NCBI GenBank assembly: GCA_039802205.1
Contig: JBDRWD010000004.1
Location: 11,229-75,228, forward strand
DNA from: a candidate division WOR-3 bacterium
GTDB lineage: Bacteria > Hydrothermota > Tepidihabitantia > SM23-42 > JAOAFX01
Direction of reading: 5' to 3'
Length of the DNA: 64,000 nt
Of this stretch, positions 55,517-64,000 are shown in pieces (position 1 is the stretch's first letter; each line of letters opens with the position of its first letter). The position numbers and the translations under genes were made by a program. A model generated the notes under the pieces. That model saw only the letters and a program-made list of their open reading frames with translations, was not told the origin of the DNA and ran no database searches.

Positions 55517-55531
55517 GTTTATTCTAAAGAC

Positions 55532-56071
55532 CTATTTATTTTTACCGCAACACTTTTTGTACTTCTTTCCACTCCCGCAGGGGCAGGGGTCATTACGGCC
55601 AATTTTTAGTTCACTGGCCACTACGGCTTCTTGAGGATTTGTGAGTTTCTTAGAAGACACTTTACCCGAGGGAAGCATTTTGATAAATTCTTTGGTATTA
55701 TCCTGGACCACTTTTTTGAGCTGGCGACTGTTTTTAATATGTCCTTCTCCTTCCAGGAAATCCAGAAAAAGGATAATTATTTCCGGAATGTCTTTGCTCG
55801 CTTCTTTACTCAACGCTAACTTTTGGGGTGCATATTCCAGTAAGAAATTACGGATGTGTTCTTCGTGTAGTTCACCAATCTCTTTATGGTGATGAAAAAA
55901 CACATAATCAAGGAGACTTTTGGTGATATATTCCGCCTTAGTTTGTGTCGACTTTGTTTTCAATTTTGATGCTTCTATGAATTGCCGAACTGTGGCATTG
56001 ATAAAATGGACAAGCCTTTTTTCTCGTTTTCTTTCTTCGGCTTTTTTTTCTTCAATATCGGTTAGAGCCAT
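55532..56071 (-). CDS. SEC-C motif domain protein.
   Basis: The C-terminal [17 protein letters not shown] metal-binding motif is present. Confidence 0.55.
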   Translation of the reverse strand: MALTDIEEKKAEERKREKRLVHFINATVRQFIEASKLKTKSTQTKAEYITKSLLDYVFFHHHKEIGELHEEHIRNFLLEYAPQKLALSKEASKDIPEIIILFLDFLEGEGHIKNSRQLKKVVQDNTKEFIKMLPSGKVSSKKLTNPQEAVVASELKIGRNDPCPCGSGKKYKKCCGKNK

Positions 56072-56132
56072 ATAAAATTATACTCAGATTTCTTTTTATG
56101 TCAATGAACCTACAAACATCCGATCGCGTTAT

Positions 56133-56618
56133 TTACCAGTTCGTCAGAATTACCGTCACGAGTCTTTCGGCGGTCCTTTTCATTGCCTCTCTTATTCCTT
56201 TTTCTTCTTCTGTAGTATAGGTAGCCCAATCAGCAACATCGCCCTGCCAGAAGATCGTATTTCTTACCCGGTCATAGACAGTTACCGAGAGCTTGATGGT
56301 AATTTTATATTGCGAAACTGATAAGGCACCGGCATAAACATAAGGCTCTTTGGCAAAGCCGGTTACTTTACCGATAAGGACGATATCAGCCTGTTCTTCA
56401 CTTACGAGTTGGAGGCCGGAATTATTTCGAAAGGCTTCGAGTGTCGTTTGGGTGGCCAGTTCGTCAAGTCCGGTCTTGTAGGTTTGATTTTCAAAAATTT
56501 TTATGTGCACACTCCGTATGTAACTGGGCAGTAGCGAGCGAGTGGAATAGCCGCAGCATCTTAAAGCACAAAGAGGGATTGTAAGAAATAGCATAAAAGA
56601 TACTCTCCAATATTTCAC
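56133..56618 (-). CDS. Lipoprotein, LptE-like candidate.
   Basis: Signal peptide with a Cys-containing lipobox-like LRCCGY. The ~160-aa size and the pattern CGY..R...LP...V.I resemble LptE. Weak. Confidence 0.4.
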   Translation of the reverse strand: MKYWRVSFMLFLTIPLCALRCCGYSTRSLLPSYIRSVHIKIFENQTYKTGLDELATQTTLEAFRNNSGLQLVSEEQADIVLIGKVTGFAKEPYVYAGALSVSQYKITIKLSVTVYDRVRNTIFWQGDVADWATYTTEEEKGIREAMKRTAERLVTVILTNW

Positions 56619-58852
56619 GGCAGCTTCTCCAGGCGGTTTTGGGCTTCAATACTCCAGAGATTATTCGTCCCCATTTCTTTGATTATTCGCTTGTAAATTA
56701 GTTTTGCTTCTTTAATCTCATCCATCATTTCCAGTACCAGAGCTGTCTTGAAGAGAGCCGTGGGATACCATAGATCATCTTTTTTGGAATCATTAACGAT
56801 TTTTTGATAATAATACAGAGCCGAAAGAAAATCGCCTTTCCCAAGGTAGGCTTCGGCAAGCCAAAAATAACTGTTTACTTCAGGTTTTAATTTGCTTGCC
56901 TTTTTGAGATGATCAATGGCGGTATTGATTATGCCCTTTTTTAAATTCGCATAACCGATCTCAAAATATACCTCAGCTTTCAGGGAGTCCGGGCAGAAAT
57001 TAATAAATTCATTGCCGGCTTTGATCACTTCATCCCACTTTTCTGCTTTTTTTAGGGCAAGGATCCGATTCTGTGCTGCTTCCAGCCGGAGGGTGGAATC
57101 TTTAAGGGCAAGACCGTAGTAAAATGCTGCTGAATCAAAATCCTGTTTTAAATATTTCAATGTTCCCATTTTAAATAATGCCGGTGGATAATAGAGGGTG
57201 TTTTTGAATCTTTTAATGAATGCAGCAAAGGATGATTCTGCCTTTAGGTAGTCACCGCGGCGAAAAAGAACAAGCCCGGCGTGGTAAAATAGCCAGTCTT
57301 CATTGGAATATTCCGGCATCCGGACGAGTGAATCGATTAATTTCTCTGCCTCAGACAAATGGTTTTCTCCTACAAGCCGTATGACCAATGCCTGATAAAA
57401 TTCCTGGTCTAATCGACCAAAGGTTTTTAGGTACAAAGATTCTGCAAGCTGTTTCTTTCCGGTATGGAGCAGACTGAGCAGGTAGTACCTTGCCCTTATT
57501 GTGTCCTGGCTAAACAGTTCAAATTTTTGGCCAGCGATAGCTGAATAAGCCTTCTGGCGAAAAAGATGATCAATGTACCGGATAAGACTTTTTCGTCGGA
57601 GGAGAGAATCAGTGGAGACTTTTGAGAGTTCCCAATAAATCGTCTCCGATGGTAGTTGGTGATATTCCATACACTCTGCCTGGATGAACTTCAGATAAGG
57701 TTGATCAAAAGAGGCCAAAATCAAATCTTTTAATGCCCCACGATAGTTTTTTTCACTATAGGCTTTCTGTGCCCGAATTAAGCGCACAAAATTTTTTGTT
57801 TCGGAATAGGGTAGATAATCTTTGATTTGGGCATACGCCTCTTGGTATCTTGATTTTTTTAAAAACGCTTCGCAGATGAGGGAATCAAGATAAAAATTCT
57901 TACCGACCCGGGTGGAGAAATTTAAAAGTTTGTGCTCAAAATCGCTGGTATCCTGAAAAATTGTATCAATCCCTGCGGGTTTTAACCACCGGTCTTTTGG
58001 GAGGTGTCTTATATTCAAAAATTTACATACTACTTCTGGTTCAGGCGAAGTGCAAAGAAGATTGCTGTCTATTGAACAGGAGTCACAAAAAAATCTCAGA
58101 AGCTTCTGTTCCGTATGCCAGTGTTCGACTTTTTCCATGCGTTTAAGAAGCACTGGTAAGTCATTTATGCGTAAGTCGACACTGAAAAGGGCCCAGCGAT
58201 ATAACTGCTCATCGGGTATTTCATCCAAACGGGTGTTGATATATTCCCACCAAGCATTGATGGTATCACCCATTGCCAGGTAAGTGGCGATCAGATAAAT
58301 CTTTCTTTTTATGCTTTTTAATTCCTTAAAAACTTTGATTTTTTCTTCCCAGTTTTTTAAACCAACCGCCTTCAAAATTTTAAGCGATTCATTTTCGGGC
58401 GCAAAGGAGAGGAGTTCCTCAATATTCCATCCTTGAGCCCCCAAATTCACCAGGATGGTATTGACAACACTGGTCTCGGGTTCCAGGTATTCGTATCTTT
58501 TTAAGTATTCCCATGCCAGGGGGAAAAGATTTTTTCGGATAAGATGCTGGAGCAGAAGATTACAGACTTCGTATCTTTTATGATGGAAGGGGAAGAAACT
58601 TAAATAGCTATTTACCGTCGTAAGAAGATTGATTAAATCCTGTTGCTGGTCATAGATTTTAATTAGATAATAAGTGGCTTCGGGAACAAGGGTATCGGTT
58701 GGATTTTCCCGGAGAAAATTATCCAACAAAATTTGCGCAAGTCGATAATTCCCGGATTGATAGTTTTTCAATCCGGTCTCAAAATCGGATGCTCGGAGTA
58801 GATTGAGTGTTAAAATCAATATGAGGGATATACCGGATGGGCGGATGACCAT
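56615..58852 (-). CDS. Large TPR-repeat protein with a signal peptide.
   Basis: 745 aa. Multiple TPR-like helical repeats (W/Y-LA-Y-A-P patterns) and an N-terminal signal sequence. Confidence 0.6.
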   Translation of the reverse strand: MVIRPSGISLILILTLNLLRASDFETGLKNYQSGNYRLAQILLDNFLRENPTDTLVPEATYYLIKIYDQQQDLINLLTTVNSYLSFFPFHHKRYEVCNLLLQHLIRKNLFPLAWEYLKRYEYLEPETSVVNTILVNLGAQGWNIEELLSFAPENESLKILKAVGLKNWEEKIKVFKELKSIKRKIYLIATYLAMGDTINAWWEYINTRLDEIPDEQLYRWALFSVDLRINDLPVLLKRMEKVEHWHTEQKLLRFFCDSCSIDSNLLCTSPEPEVVCKFLNIRHLPKDRWLKPAGIDTIFQDTSDFEHKLLNFSTRVGKNFYLDSLICEAFLKKSRYQEAYAQIKDYLPYSETKNFVRLIRAQKAYSEKNYRGALKDLILASFDQPYLKFIQAECMEYHQLPSETIYWELSKVSTDSLLRRKSLIRYIDHLFRQKAYSAIAGQKFELFSQDTIRARYYLLSLLHTGKKQLAESLYLKTFGRLDQEFYQALVIRLVGENHLSEAEKLIDSLVRMPEYSNEDWLFYHAGLVLFRRGDYLKAESSFAAFIKRFKNTLYYPPALFKMGTLKYLKQDFDSAAFYYGLALKDSTLRLEAAQNRILALKKAEKWDEVIKAGNEFINFCPDSLKAEVYFEIGYANLKKGIINTAIDHLKKASKLKPEVNSYFWLAEAYLGKGDFLSALYYYQKIVNDSKKDDLWYPTALFKTALVLEMMDEIKEAKLIYKRIIKEMGTNNLWSIEAQNRLEKLP

Positions 58853-59938
58853 TTACCTAATTCCGTTTAATATAATCTGTTCCATCAGAGTGGCGGAACG
58901 GTCCCATGAGAAATTCATTGCCCAATCACGGGCGGCACGGGAAAATGCAGTCCAACGCTCATCGTTGATGAGTAGTTCTTTAATCCGCGCTGCTAATTCC
59001 GGGATATTGCCGTATTCATAAAGATAACCCGTCTTTCCATCAATGATTGTTTCCTTTAAGCCCGGAGCCCGGGCACAGATGACAGGTGTTCCGCAAGCCT
59101 GGGCTTCCAACACCGTCAGACCCCAACCTTCTTTTATAGAGGGTTGAACGACAACCCGTGCCTTCTGATACATCTCATATTTTTCTTTTTCACTCACGAA
59201 GCCCTTGAATTCTACATTTAACTTTAAATTTTTTGCCAGTTTCTTTAAGTCCTCAAGGGCATCCCCGGTTCCGACGAGCGCGAGTTGGACGGGGTGTTCA
59301 TTTTTTACCAAATGGATTGCATACAGCAGATGGTCAATCGATTTATACCGTTTGATTCTGCCCACATACAGAACGAGGTTCTGTTCCCGTTTAATACGAT
59401 TATCAATTAGAACTTCTGGAATGCCGCTGTAAACTATGGAGATATTTTGTTTGATTCCCATTTTCCTTAAATCTTCAGCGGTGCTCTGAGAGATAGCAAT
59501 AAACTGCGAACGAGCGTAGAAAATAGGAATTAAACTTTCCGTTAAATAAACGTAACTGGCAAACAAGGGGTTTGTTTCCCGAAAGATAGTTTTGCGGAAA
59601 AGATGCATGATCATGATTAAATTTTTCTTCCGGGTGAAAAAAGGTGAGTAAAAGGGTATTTTGTTCTGGTCGTCAATTATCACATCAATTTTTCGATGCC
59701 TCAAAAGTGCGCGCAGGGCCCATGGTACATAAAAATTGAAGTTAAAACGCCGCCCAATCCGGAAGATCTCAAAACCATCAAGGATTTCATAACGCTTCTG
59801 TTTCAAACCGCGACTGCAGAGAAGCAAAACTTTATGCCCCCTTTTGATGAGTCGGGAAAATATTTCGTAAAGGTATACTTCCGCTCCTCCGGCATAGGGG
59901 TTCTTCCAGTCCTGCCAGTTGACGATTAGAATATTCAT
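58853..59938 (-). CDS. Glycosyltransferase family 4 (GT-B, group 1).
   Basis: C-terminal glycosyltransferase-1 domain with E..EGWGLTVLEAQACGTPVI. Confidence 0.8.
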   Translation of the reverse strand: MNILIVNWQDWKNPYAGGAEVYLYEIFSRLIKRGHKVLLLCSRGLKQKRYEILDGFEIFRIGRRFNFNFYVPWALRALLRHRKIDVIIDDQNKIPFYSPFFTRKKNLIMIMHLFRKTIFRETNPLFASYVYLTESLIPIFYARSQFIAISQSTAEDLRKMGIKQNISIVYSGIPEVLIDNRIKREQNLVLYVGRIKRYKSIDHLLYAIHLVKNEHPVQLALVGTGDALEDLKKLAKNLKLNVEFKGFVSEKEKYEMYQKARVVVQPSIKEGWGLTVLEAQACGTPVICARAPGLKETIIDGKTGYLYEYGNIPELAARIKELLINDERWTAFSRAARDWAMNFSWDRSATLMEQIILNGIR

Positions 59939-59947
59939 TTATGGCAT

Positions 59948-60874
59948 TTATGAGGTTTTGATTTTTGCCCGCCAGTAATTCAACAGGTCTTCAACGGTTT
60001 TTTCCAGTGGAATTTTGGGTGACCAACCGGTTAATTTTGCAAACTTTTCGCCATTGCCTTCCAGGACCATGATATCAGTTTTTCGTATACGTGTTGGATC
60101 AACTTTGACTTCAAAATCCACTCGGGCAAATTTTTTGAACAGTTCGATCACGGTCCCCAATGCATACGACCGGCCGGAGGAGATGTTGAATACTTCGTTG
60201 GGGACAAATTTTTCTATAGCAAGTTTATAAGCTCCAACCACATCAAGCACATTCATAAATTCTCTTTTTACTTCAATATTGCCCACTTCAATCAATGGTA
60301 TTTTCTTACCGCGTTCGATTTCGGCGATCTGCCGGGCGATCGAAGGTAATACAAAGTCCGGTGTCTGCCCTGGCCCGGTGTGGTTGAAAGGCCTTAGAAT
60401 CATCACTTCTATATTATTCCCGGAGTATTCCCGGCATATCAGTTCTCCAGCATATTTGCTTACTGCATAAGGATTTTTCAGCATAATAGGAGAATCTTCC
60501 TTTAGATTCTCCCCCCCACCGTAGACTTCACAAGTGGAGACAAAGATGAATTTGATTTTTTTATTCAAGGCAAGGGCGCTTTCCAGGAGATTCACGGTTC
60601 CCATTATGTTGGTATTGTAGGTAGCCGGTCGGTCGATGAAAGATTTGGCGACAGAGCTGATAGCTGCCAGGTGAAAAATGATATCGGGATTATGAATTTT
60701 TAATGTTTCGCGCACCATCTCAAAGTTTAATATATCCATTTCTACATATTTACCGGTCTTGGGTCGGAGAGGAGGATAACATGTGGGGATGAGCATGGCG
60801 AGTGTTTCTTTTAAAACCTTAACCAGATGGGAGCCAACAAAACCCTCGGCACCCGTGATGAGAATACGGTTCAT
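59948..60874 (-). CDS. NAD-dependent epimerase/dehydratase, likely GDP-4-dehydro-6-deoxy-D-mannose reductase (Rmd-like).
   Basis: N-terminal ILITGAEGFVGSHL Rossmann motif and the SDR YxxxK motif (YAVSKYAGE). Adjacent to gmd and overlapping it. Confidence 0.6.
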   Translation of the reverse strand: MNRILITGAEGFVGSHLVKVLKETLAMLIPTCYPPLRPKTGKYVEMDILNFEMVRETLKIHNPDIIFHLAAISSVAKSFIDRPATYNTNIMGTVNLLESALALNKKIKFIFVSTCEVYGGGENLKEDSPIMLKNPYAVSKYAGELICREYSGNNIEVMILRPFNHTGPGQTPDFVLPSIARQIAEIERGKKIPLIEVGNIEVKREFMNVLDVVGAYKLAIEKFVPNEVFNISSGRSYALGTVIELFKKFARVDFEVKVDPTRIRKTDIMVLEGNGEKFAKLTGWSPKIPLEKTVEDLLNYWRAKIKTS

Positions 60875-61824
60875 AGGATACGGGAGCGCCAGTAATCTAA
60901 AAGGTCTTTCAAGGTTTGTTCCAACGGGATGGAGGGTTCCCAGCCGGTGGCGACATGGAACTTTTCATACGAGCCGATGAGAAGTTCTACATCCGAGGGT
61001 CTCATCCGGGCTGGATCTGGTACTATTTCCAGGTCCAGATTTACCAATGCAATCATTTTATCAAGCAGTTCCTTTATCTTGATGCCTTTCCCGGAGGCGA
61101 TATTGTAGACTTCGCCGGGTGTGCCTTTTTTTAATGCTAAATAATAACCCCGAACCACATCCCGGACATCCGAAAAATCCCGGACTGCTTCCAGATTACC
61201 GACATATATAATCGGTTTGCGTTTCTTTTTTTCAATTTCAATTAGCTGTCGGGCAAAATTGGATGAGACAAAAACCTCACCCCGACGCGGACCGGTGTGA
61301 TTGAATGCCCGGGTACGGACAATTTTTAGACCATAACTTTTGTAGTATTGAAAACCAAGCAAGTCCTGGGCGACTTTACTTACTGCATAGGGGCTTAAAG
61401 GTCGCAGTGGATTTGTTTCTTTTATGGGCACTTCCTGGGGATGAACAAGTCCGTATTCTTCACTGGATCCCGCAATATGGATAAAAGGATCAATCTTTAA
61501 TTCACGCACCCCTTCAAAGATATTCAATTCCCCGAGGACATTGGTTGTCAAAGTCTCCGCAGGGGCGCGCCAGGAAAACGGAACATAGCTTTGAGCCGCA
61601 AGGTGGAAGATATAATCAGGCCGAGTTTCACTCAAGACATATTTCACGGCCGTGGCGTCCCGAATATCACACTCAAACAATTTTATCTTATCAAGAATGT
61701 GTTCAATATTTTCGAGTCGGGAACGCCATTTGATTGTTCCAACTACTTCAATATTTTGAGATAAAAGATATTCAGCAAGATGACTACCGGCGAATCCCGA
61801 GATGCCGGTGATGAGTGCTTTCAT
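60871..61824 (-). CDS. gmd: GDP-mannose 4,6-dehydratase.
   Basis: ALITGISGFAGSHLAEYLL...VVGTIKWRS, and the YAVSKVAQD YxxxK motif, as in Gmd. Confidence 0.75.
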   Translation of the reverse strand: MKALITGISGFAGSHLAEYLLSQNIEVVGTIKWRSRLENIEHILDKIKLFECDIRDATAVKYVLSETRPDYIFHLAAQSYVPFSWRAPAETLTTNVLGELNIFEGVRELKIDPFIHIAGSSEEYGLVHPQEVPIKETNPLRPLSPYAVSKVAQDLLGFQYYKSYGLKIVRTRAFNHTGPRRGEVFVSSNFARQLIEIEKKKRKPIIYVGNLEAVRDFSDVRDVVRGYYLALKKGTPGEVYNIASGKGIKIKELLDKMIALVNLDLEIVPDPARMRPSDVELLIGSYEKFHVATGWEPSIPLEQTLKDLLDYWRSRIL

Positions 61825-62585
61825 AGGCCTCCCTTCTTTTCCAGACCCGCAGGCAGGTATGCCGTAGGATCAACGGCTTGTCCTTTGAAGATTATCTCAT
61901 AATGGAGATGGGGAGAGGTGGATTTGCCCGTGGAACCCACCGTTCCAATAATCTTTCCACCAGTGACCATATCTCCATGTTTTACCAAAATAGAATGGAG
62001 ATGCCCGTAAAATGTTTTGTAATTTGTACTGTGTTCAATTACGATATAATTTCCATAAAAGGTATCTACCCCAACTGCAATTACCTTGCCTGGTCCGGCA
62101 GCGACAACCGGTGAATAAAACGGCGCAGCAATATCAATGCCTTTATGGCTTTCGTTAAATTTTCTTGAGATCGTGCCAATTGCCGGTAACAAATAAGGAA
62201 GATTTTCTTCCTCAGGACTGACTTTTTTCTCAGCGCTTAAAATTAAGGTGCTGTCAACAACTGGGATCACCGGCGTCGGAGTTTTATCTATTCCTAACAT
62301 TTTTTTGATTCGTTGATTTTCAATCTCACTTAATTCCAATTTCTTTTTCAATTCCTCGAGCCTACTGAATTCTTTCTCCACAGCATTAAGGCGGCGCTTC
62401 AATAATGCAGATTCAACCATCCGGTAGGAAAAGGCTCCGTAGGTTACGAATCCGAAGACAAACAGAATGGCGATTAGTAAAAGAAGGACAAGGAAGATGA
62501 AAAAAAATCTCCGTGGAATGAAGATATGACGGGAAGAGGCAGAATCGGTTGAGACAATGATAATTGAAAAACCTTTTTTCATCAA
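61821..62585 (-). CDS. M23-family metallopeptidase (LytM domain), membrane-anchored with a coiled coil.
   Basis: HKGIDIA...GNYIVIEHSTNYKTFYGHLHSILVKHGDMV...GSTGKSTSPHLHYEI, the HxxxD and HxH M23 motifs. Confidence 0.85.
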   Translation of the reverse strand: MMKKGFSIIIVSTDSASSRHIFIPRRFFFIFLVLLLLIAILFVFGFVTYGAFSYRMVESALLKRRLNAVEKEFSRLEELKKKLELSEIENQRIKKMLGIDKTPTPVIPVVDSTLILSAEKKVSPEEENLPYLLPAIGTISRKFNESHKGIDIAAPFYSPVVAAGPGKVIAVGVDTFYGNYIVIEHSTNYKTFYGHLHSILVKHGDMVTGGKIIGTVGSTGKSTSPHLHYEIIFKGQAVDPTAYLPAGLEKKGGL

Positions 62586-63584
62586 TTATGCAAATCCCTG
62601 TTCCGCACAATTAGTTAGTAATCGGATCGCACCCTCCACATCCTTTAGGTCACAGAGTTCGTTAGGCGAATGGATATAACGGGTGGGTATGGAAACCACC
62701 CCACTTATAACCCCTTCTCTGGTCATCTGAATGACCGCGGCATCGGTTGTTCCGCGTTCCAGTATTTCAATCTGGTAAGGAATTTTTAGACGCTGGGCGT
62801 AAGCAATAAGTTTTTCTTTTATGAAGGGATGAGCGATGAAGGCACTATCCATCATTTTTATGGCTACTCCTTTACCAACGCTCACTGCCATTCGAGGTGA
62901 TTCCGGTGTATCACCGGTACCAGTGACATCAACCGCGACCGCATAATCGGGGTTGATGCCGAAAGCACTCGTTCTCGCCCCCCGTAAGCCGACTTCCTCT
63001 TGGGTGGAAAAGACAAAATAGAGGTCGTCTTTGTTATTTTTAATGCGTTTTATTACCTCAATCAAACAATAACAGCCAATCCGGTCATCCAAAGCCTTGG
63101 CAATTAACTTGTTATTTACTGTCTCAGTCGACTGATAGAAAGAAGCAGTATCACCAACACGTACCCATTTCTCCGCAGCTTTTTTACCGTTCGCACCAAT
63201 ATCAATATAATAATTATCCAGTTGGGGTGGTTTGGGAGTTTCGGGTTTGGTTTCAACCCCGATGACCCCTATAACTCCATTAGCAAAGATCACCCGGTGG
63301 TGCAAGATTTTCTCCGGAAAGATACCTCCGACCGGGGCAAAACGCAGAAATCCCTGGTTATCAATGTGTTTTACAATTAAACCAATTTCGTCCATATGGG
63401 CACAGAACAACAGTTTTTTACCATTCTTTTTATTTCTGGTGGGAAGATAAGCGATTAGGTTGCCCAAAGTATCAACTTTTATGTTTTTACAAACTTTTTG
63501 AATCTCAGATTTTATCAGCGAACGAACTTTTTCTTCGTGTCCAGATGGCCCATAAATTTCAGTCAGTTTTTTTATCAATTCCAT
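62586..63584 (-). CDS. M42-family aminopeptidase (FrvX/TET-like).
   Basis: CAHMDEIGLIV...ALDDRIGC...STQEEVGLRGA, typical of M42. Confidence 0.8.
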   Translation of the reverse strand: MELIKKLTEIYGPSGHEEKVRSLIKSEIQKVCKNIKVDTLGNLIAYLPTRNKKNGKKLLFCAHMDEIGLIVKHIDNQGFLRFAPVGGIFPEKILHHRVIFANGVIGVIGVETKPETPKPPQLDNYYIDIGANGKKAAEKWVRVGDTASFYQSTETVNNKLIAKALDDRIGCYCLIEVIKRIKNNKDDLYFVFSTQEEVGLRGARTSAFGINPDYAVAVDVTGTGDTPESPRMAVSVGKGVAIKMMDSAFIAHPFIKEKLIAYAQRLKIPYQIEILERGTTDAAVIQMTREGVISGVVSIPTRYIHSPNELCDLKDVEGAIRLLTNCAEQGFA

Positions 63585-64000
63585 TTTGCTCCTTTTAGAA
63601 TTTTTTCCAAAGTTAAGGACAATAACCTTATGCCGTTGGTGATATCCCGCATAGAGGCGATGGCGATTGGAGAATGGATATAACGAGCTGGTGTGGAAAT
63701 GACCATCGCTGGAACACCAGCCCGGGCAAGGTGCATCACTCCCGCATCTGTTCCACCAATCATTGGTTGTTTGAATTGATAGGGTATGTGGTTTTGCTGG
63801 GCAGTATTTTCAAATAACTCGAGGAGCTTTTTATCGCAAAGGATTGTAGCATCCGCAACAGTCAACACTGGACCCCGTCCCAGGACCGGATAATCTGGAA
63901 CATCCTTTTGCTCCGGAAATTCGGCGGTGCCGGTGGTATCAACGGCTAAGGCTAGGTCCGGATTTATTCTGAAGCTTACTAGTCGGGCACCGCGCAAACC
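63575..64000 (-). CDS. Second M42-family aminopeptidase paralog, partial. Its N-terminus lies beyond the window edge.
   Basis: C-terminal M42-like ...DTTGTAEF...GGTDAGVMHLARAGVPAMVIS.PARYIHSP. Overlaps the downstream paralog by 10 nt. Confidence 0.7.
   Translation of the reverse strand, partial: GLRGARLVSFRINPDLALAVDTTGTAEFPEQKDVPDYPVLGRGPVLTVADATILCDKKLLELFENTAQQNHIPYQFKQPMIGGTDAGVMHLARAGVPAMVISTPARYIHSPIAIASMRDITNGIRLLSLTLEKILKGAKWN

Noticed and set aside
1-64000. CRISPR arrays, prophage or integrative-element signatures
   Set aside because: No regularly spaced direct repeats, integrase or recombinase, phage structural genes, or tRNA-flanked att-like duplications were found. The single tRNA-Val has no adjacent integrase.

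Overview
The window is chromosomal DNA from a moderate-GC bacterium that uses the type IX secretion system (T9SS). It is probably a non-Bacteroidetes member of the Fibrobacteres-Chlorobi-Bacteroidetes group, because several genes carry E. coli-like TTGACA/TATAAT promoters rather than Bacteroidetes-type promoters.

Gene content, in order:
- the 3' end of clpX;
- a four-gene, translationally coupled signalling operon: a hypothetical protein, a GAF-GGDEF diguanylate cyclase, a sensor histidine kinase, and a REC-PglZ response regulator (PorY/PorX-like);
- an Hsp20 small heat-shock protein and lon;
- two tandem GWxTD-domain paralogs, a NYN-domain protein and a PHP phosphoesterase;
- an island of about 23 kb (12254-35190) encoding eight consecutive secreted proteins that each end in a T9SS C-terminal sorting domain: three S8 subtilases, a C25 gingipain-like protease with FG-GAP repeats, an M28 aminopeptidase, an S15 CocE/NonD hydrolase, a BNR beta-propeller protein, and an 808-aa protein of unknown function;
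- a divergently transcribed multidomain regulator (HTH-TPR-SARP);
- ispA-like and dxs isoprenoid genes;
- a 1813-aa outer-membrane beta-barrel candidate resembling the T9SS translocon SprA/Sov, immediately followed by a glutaminyl-cyclase-like M28 protein;
- ComEA, an orphan pair of sugar ABC transporter permeases, tRNA-Val, a zinc-ribbon protein with RNase HI, and KtrAB;
- on the minus strand, an envelope gene cluster: an LptE-like lipoprotein, a TPR protein, a GT4 glycosyltransferase, gmd with an rmd-like reductase, and M23 and M42 peptidases.

The most interesting signal is a dedicated T9SS locus made of three parts: the cargo protease island, the SprA-like translocon with the glutaminyl-cyclase-like gene, and the GGDEF / PorY-like / PorX-like operon. 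Together they suggest that c-di-GMP signalling is coupled to T9SS regulation here.
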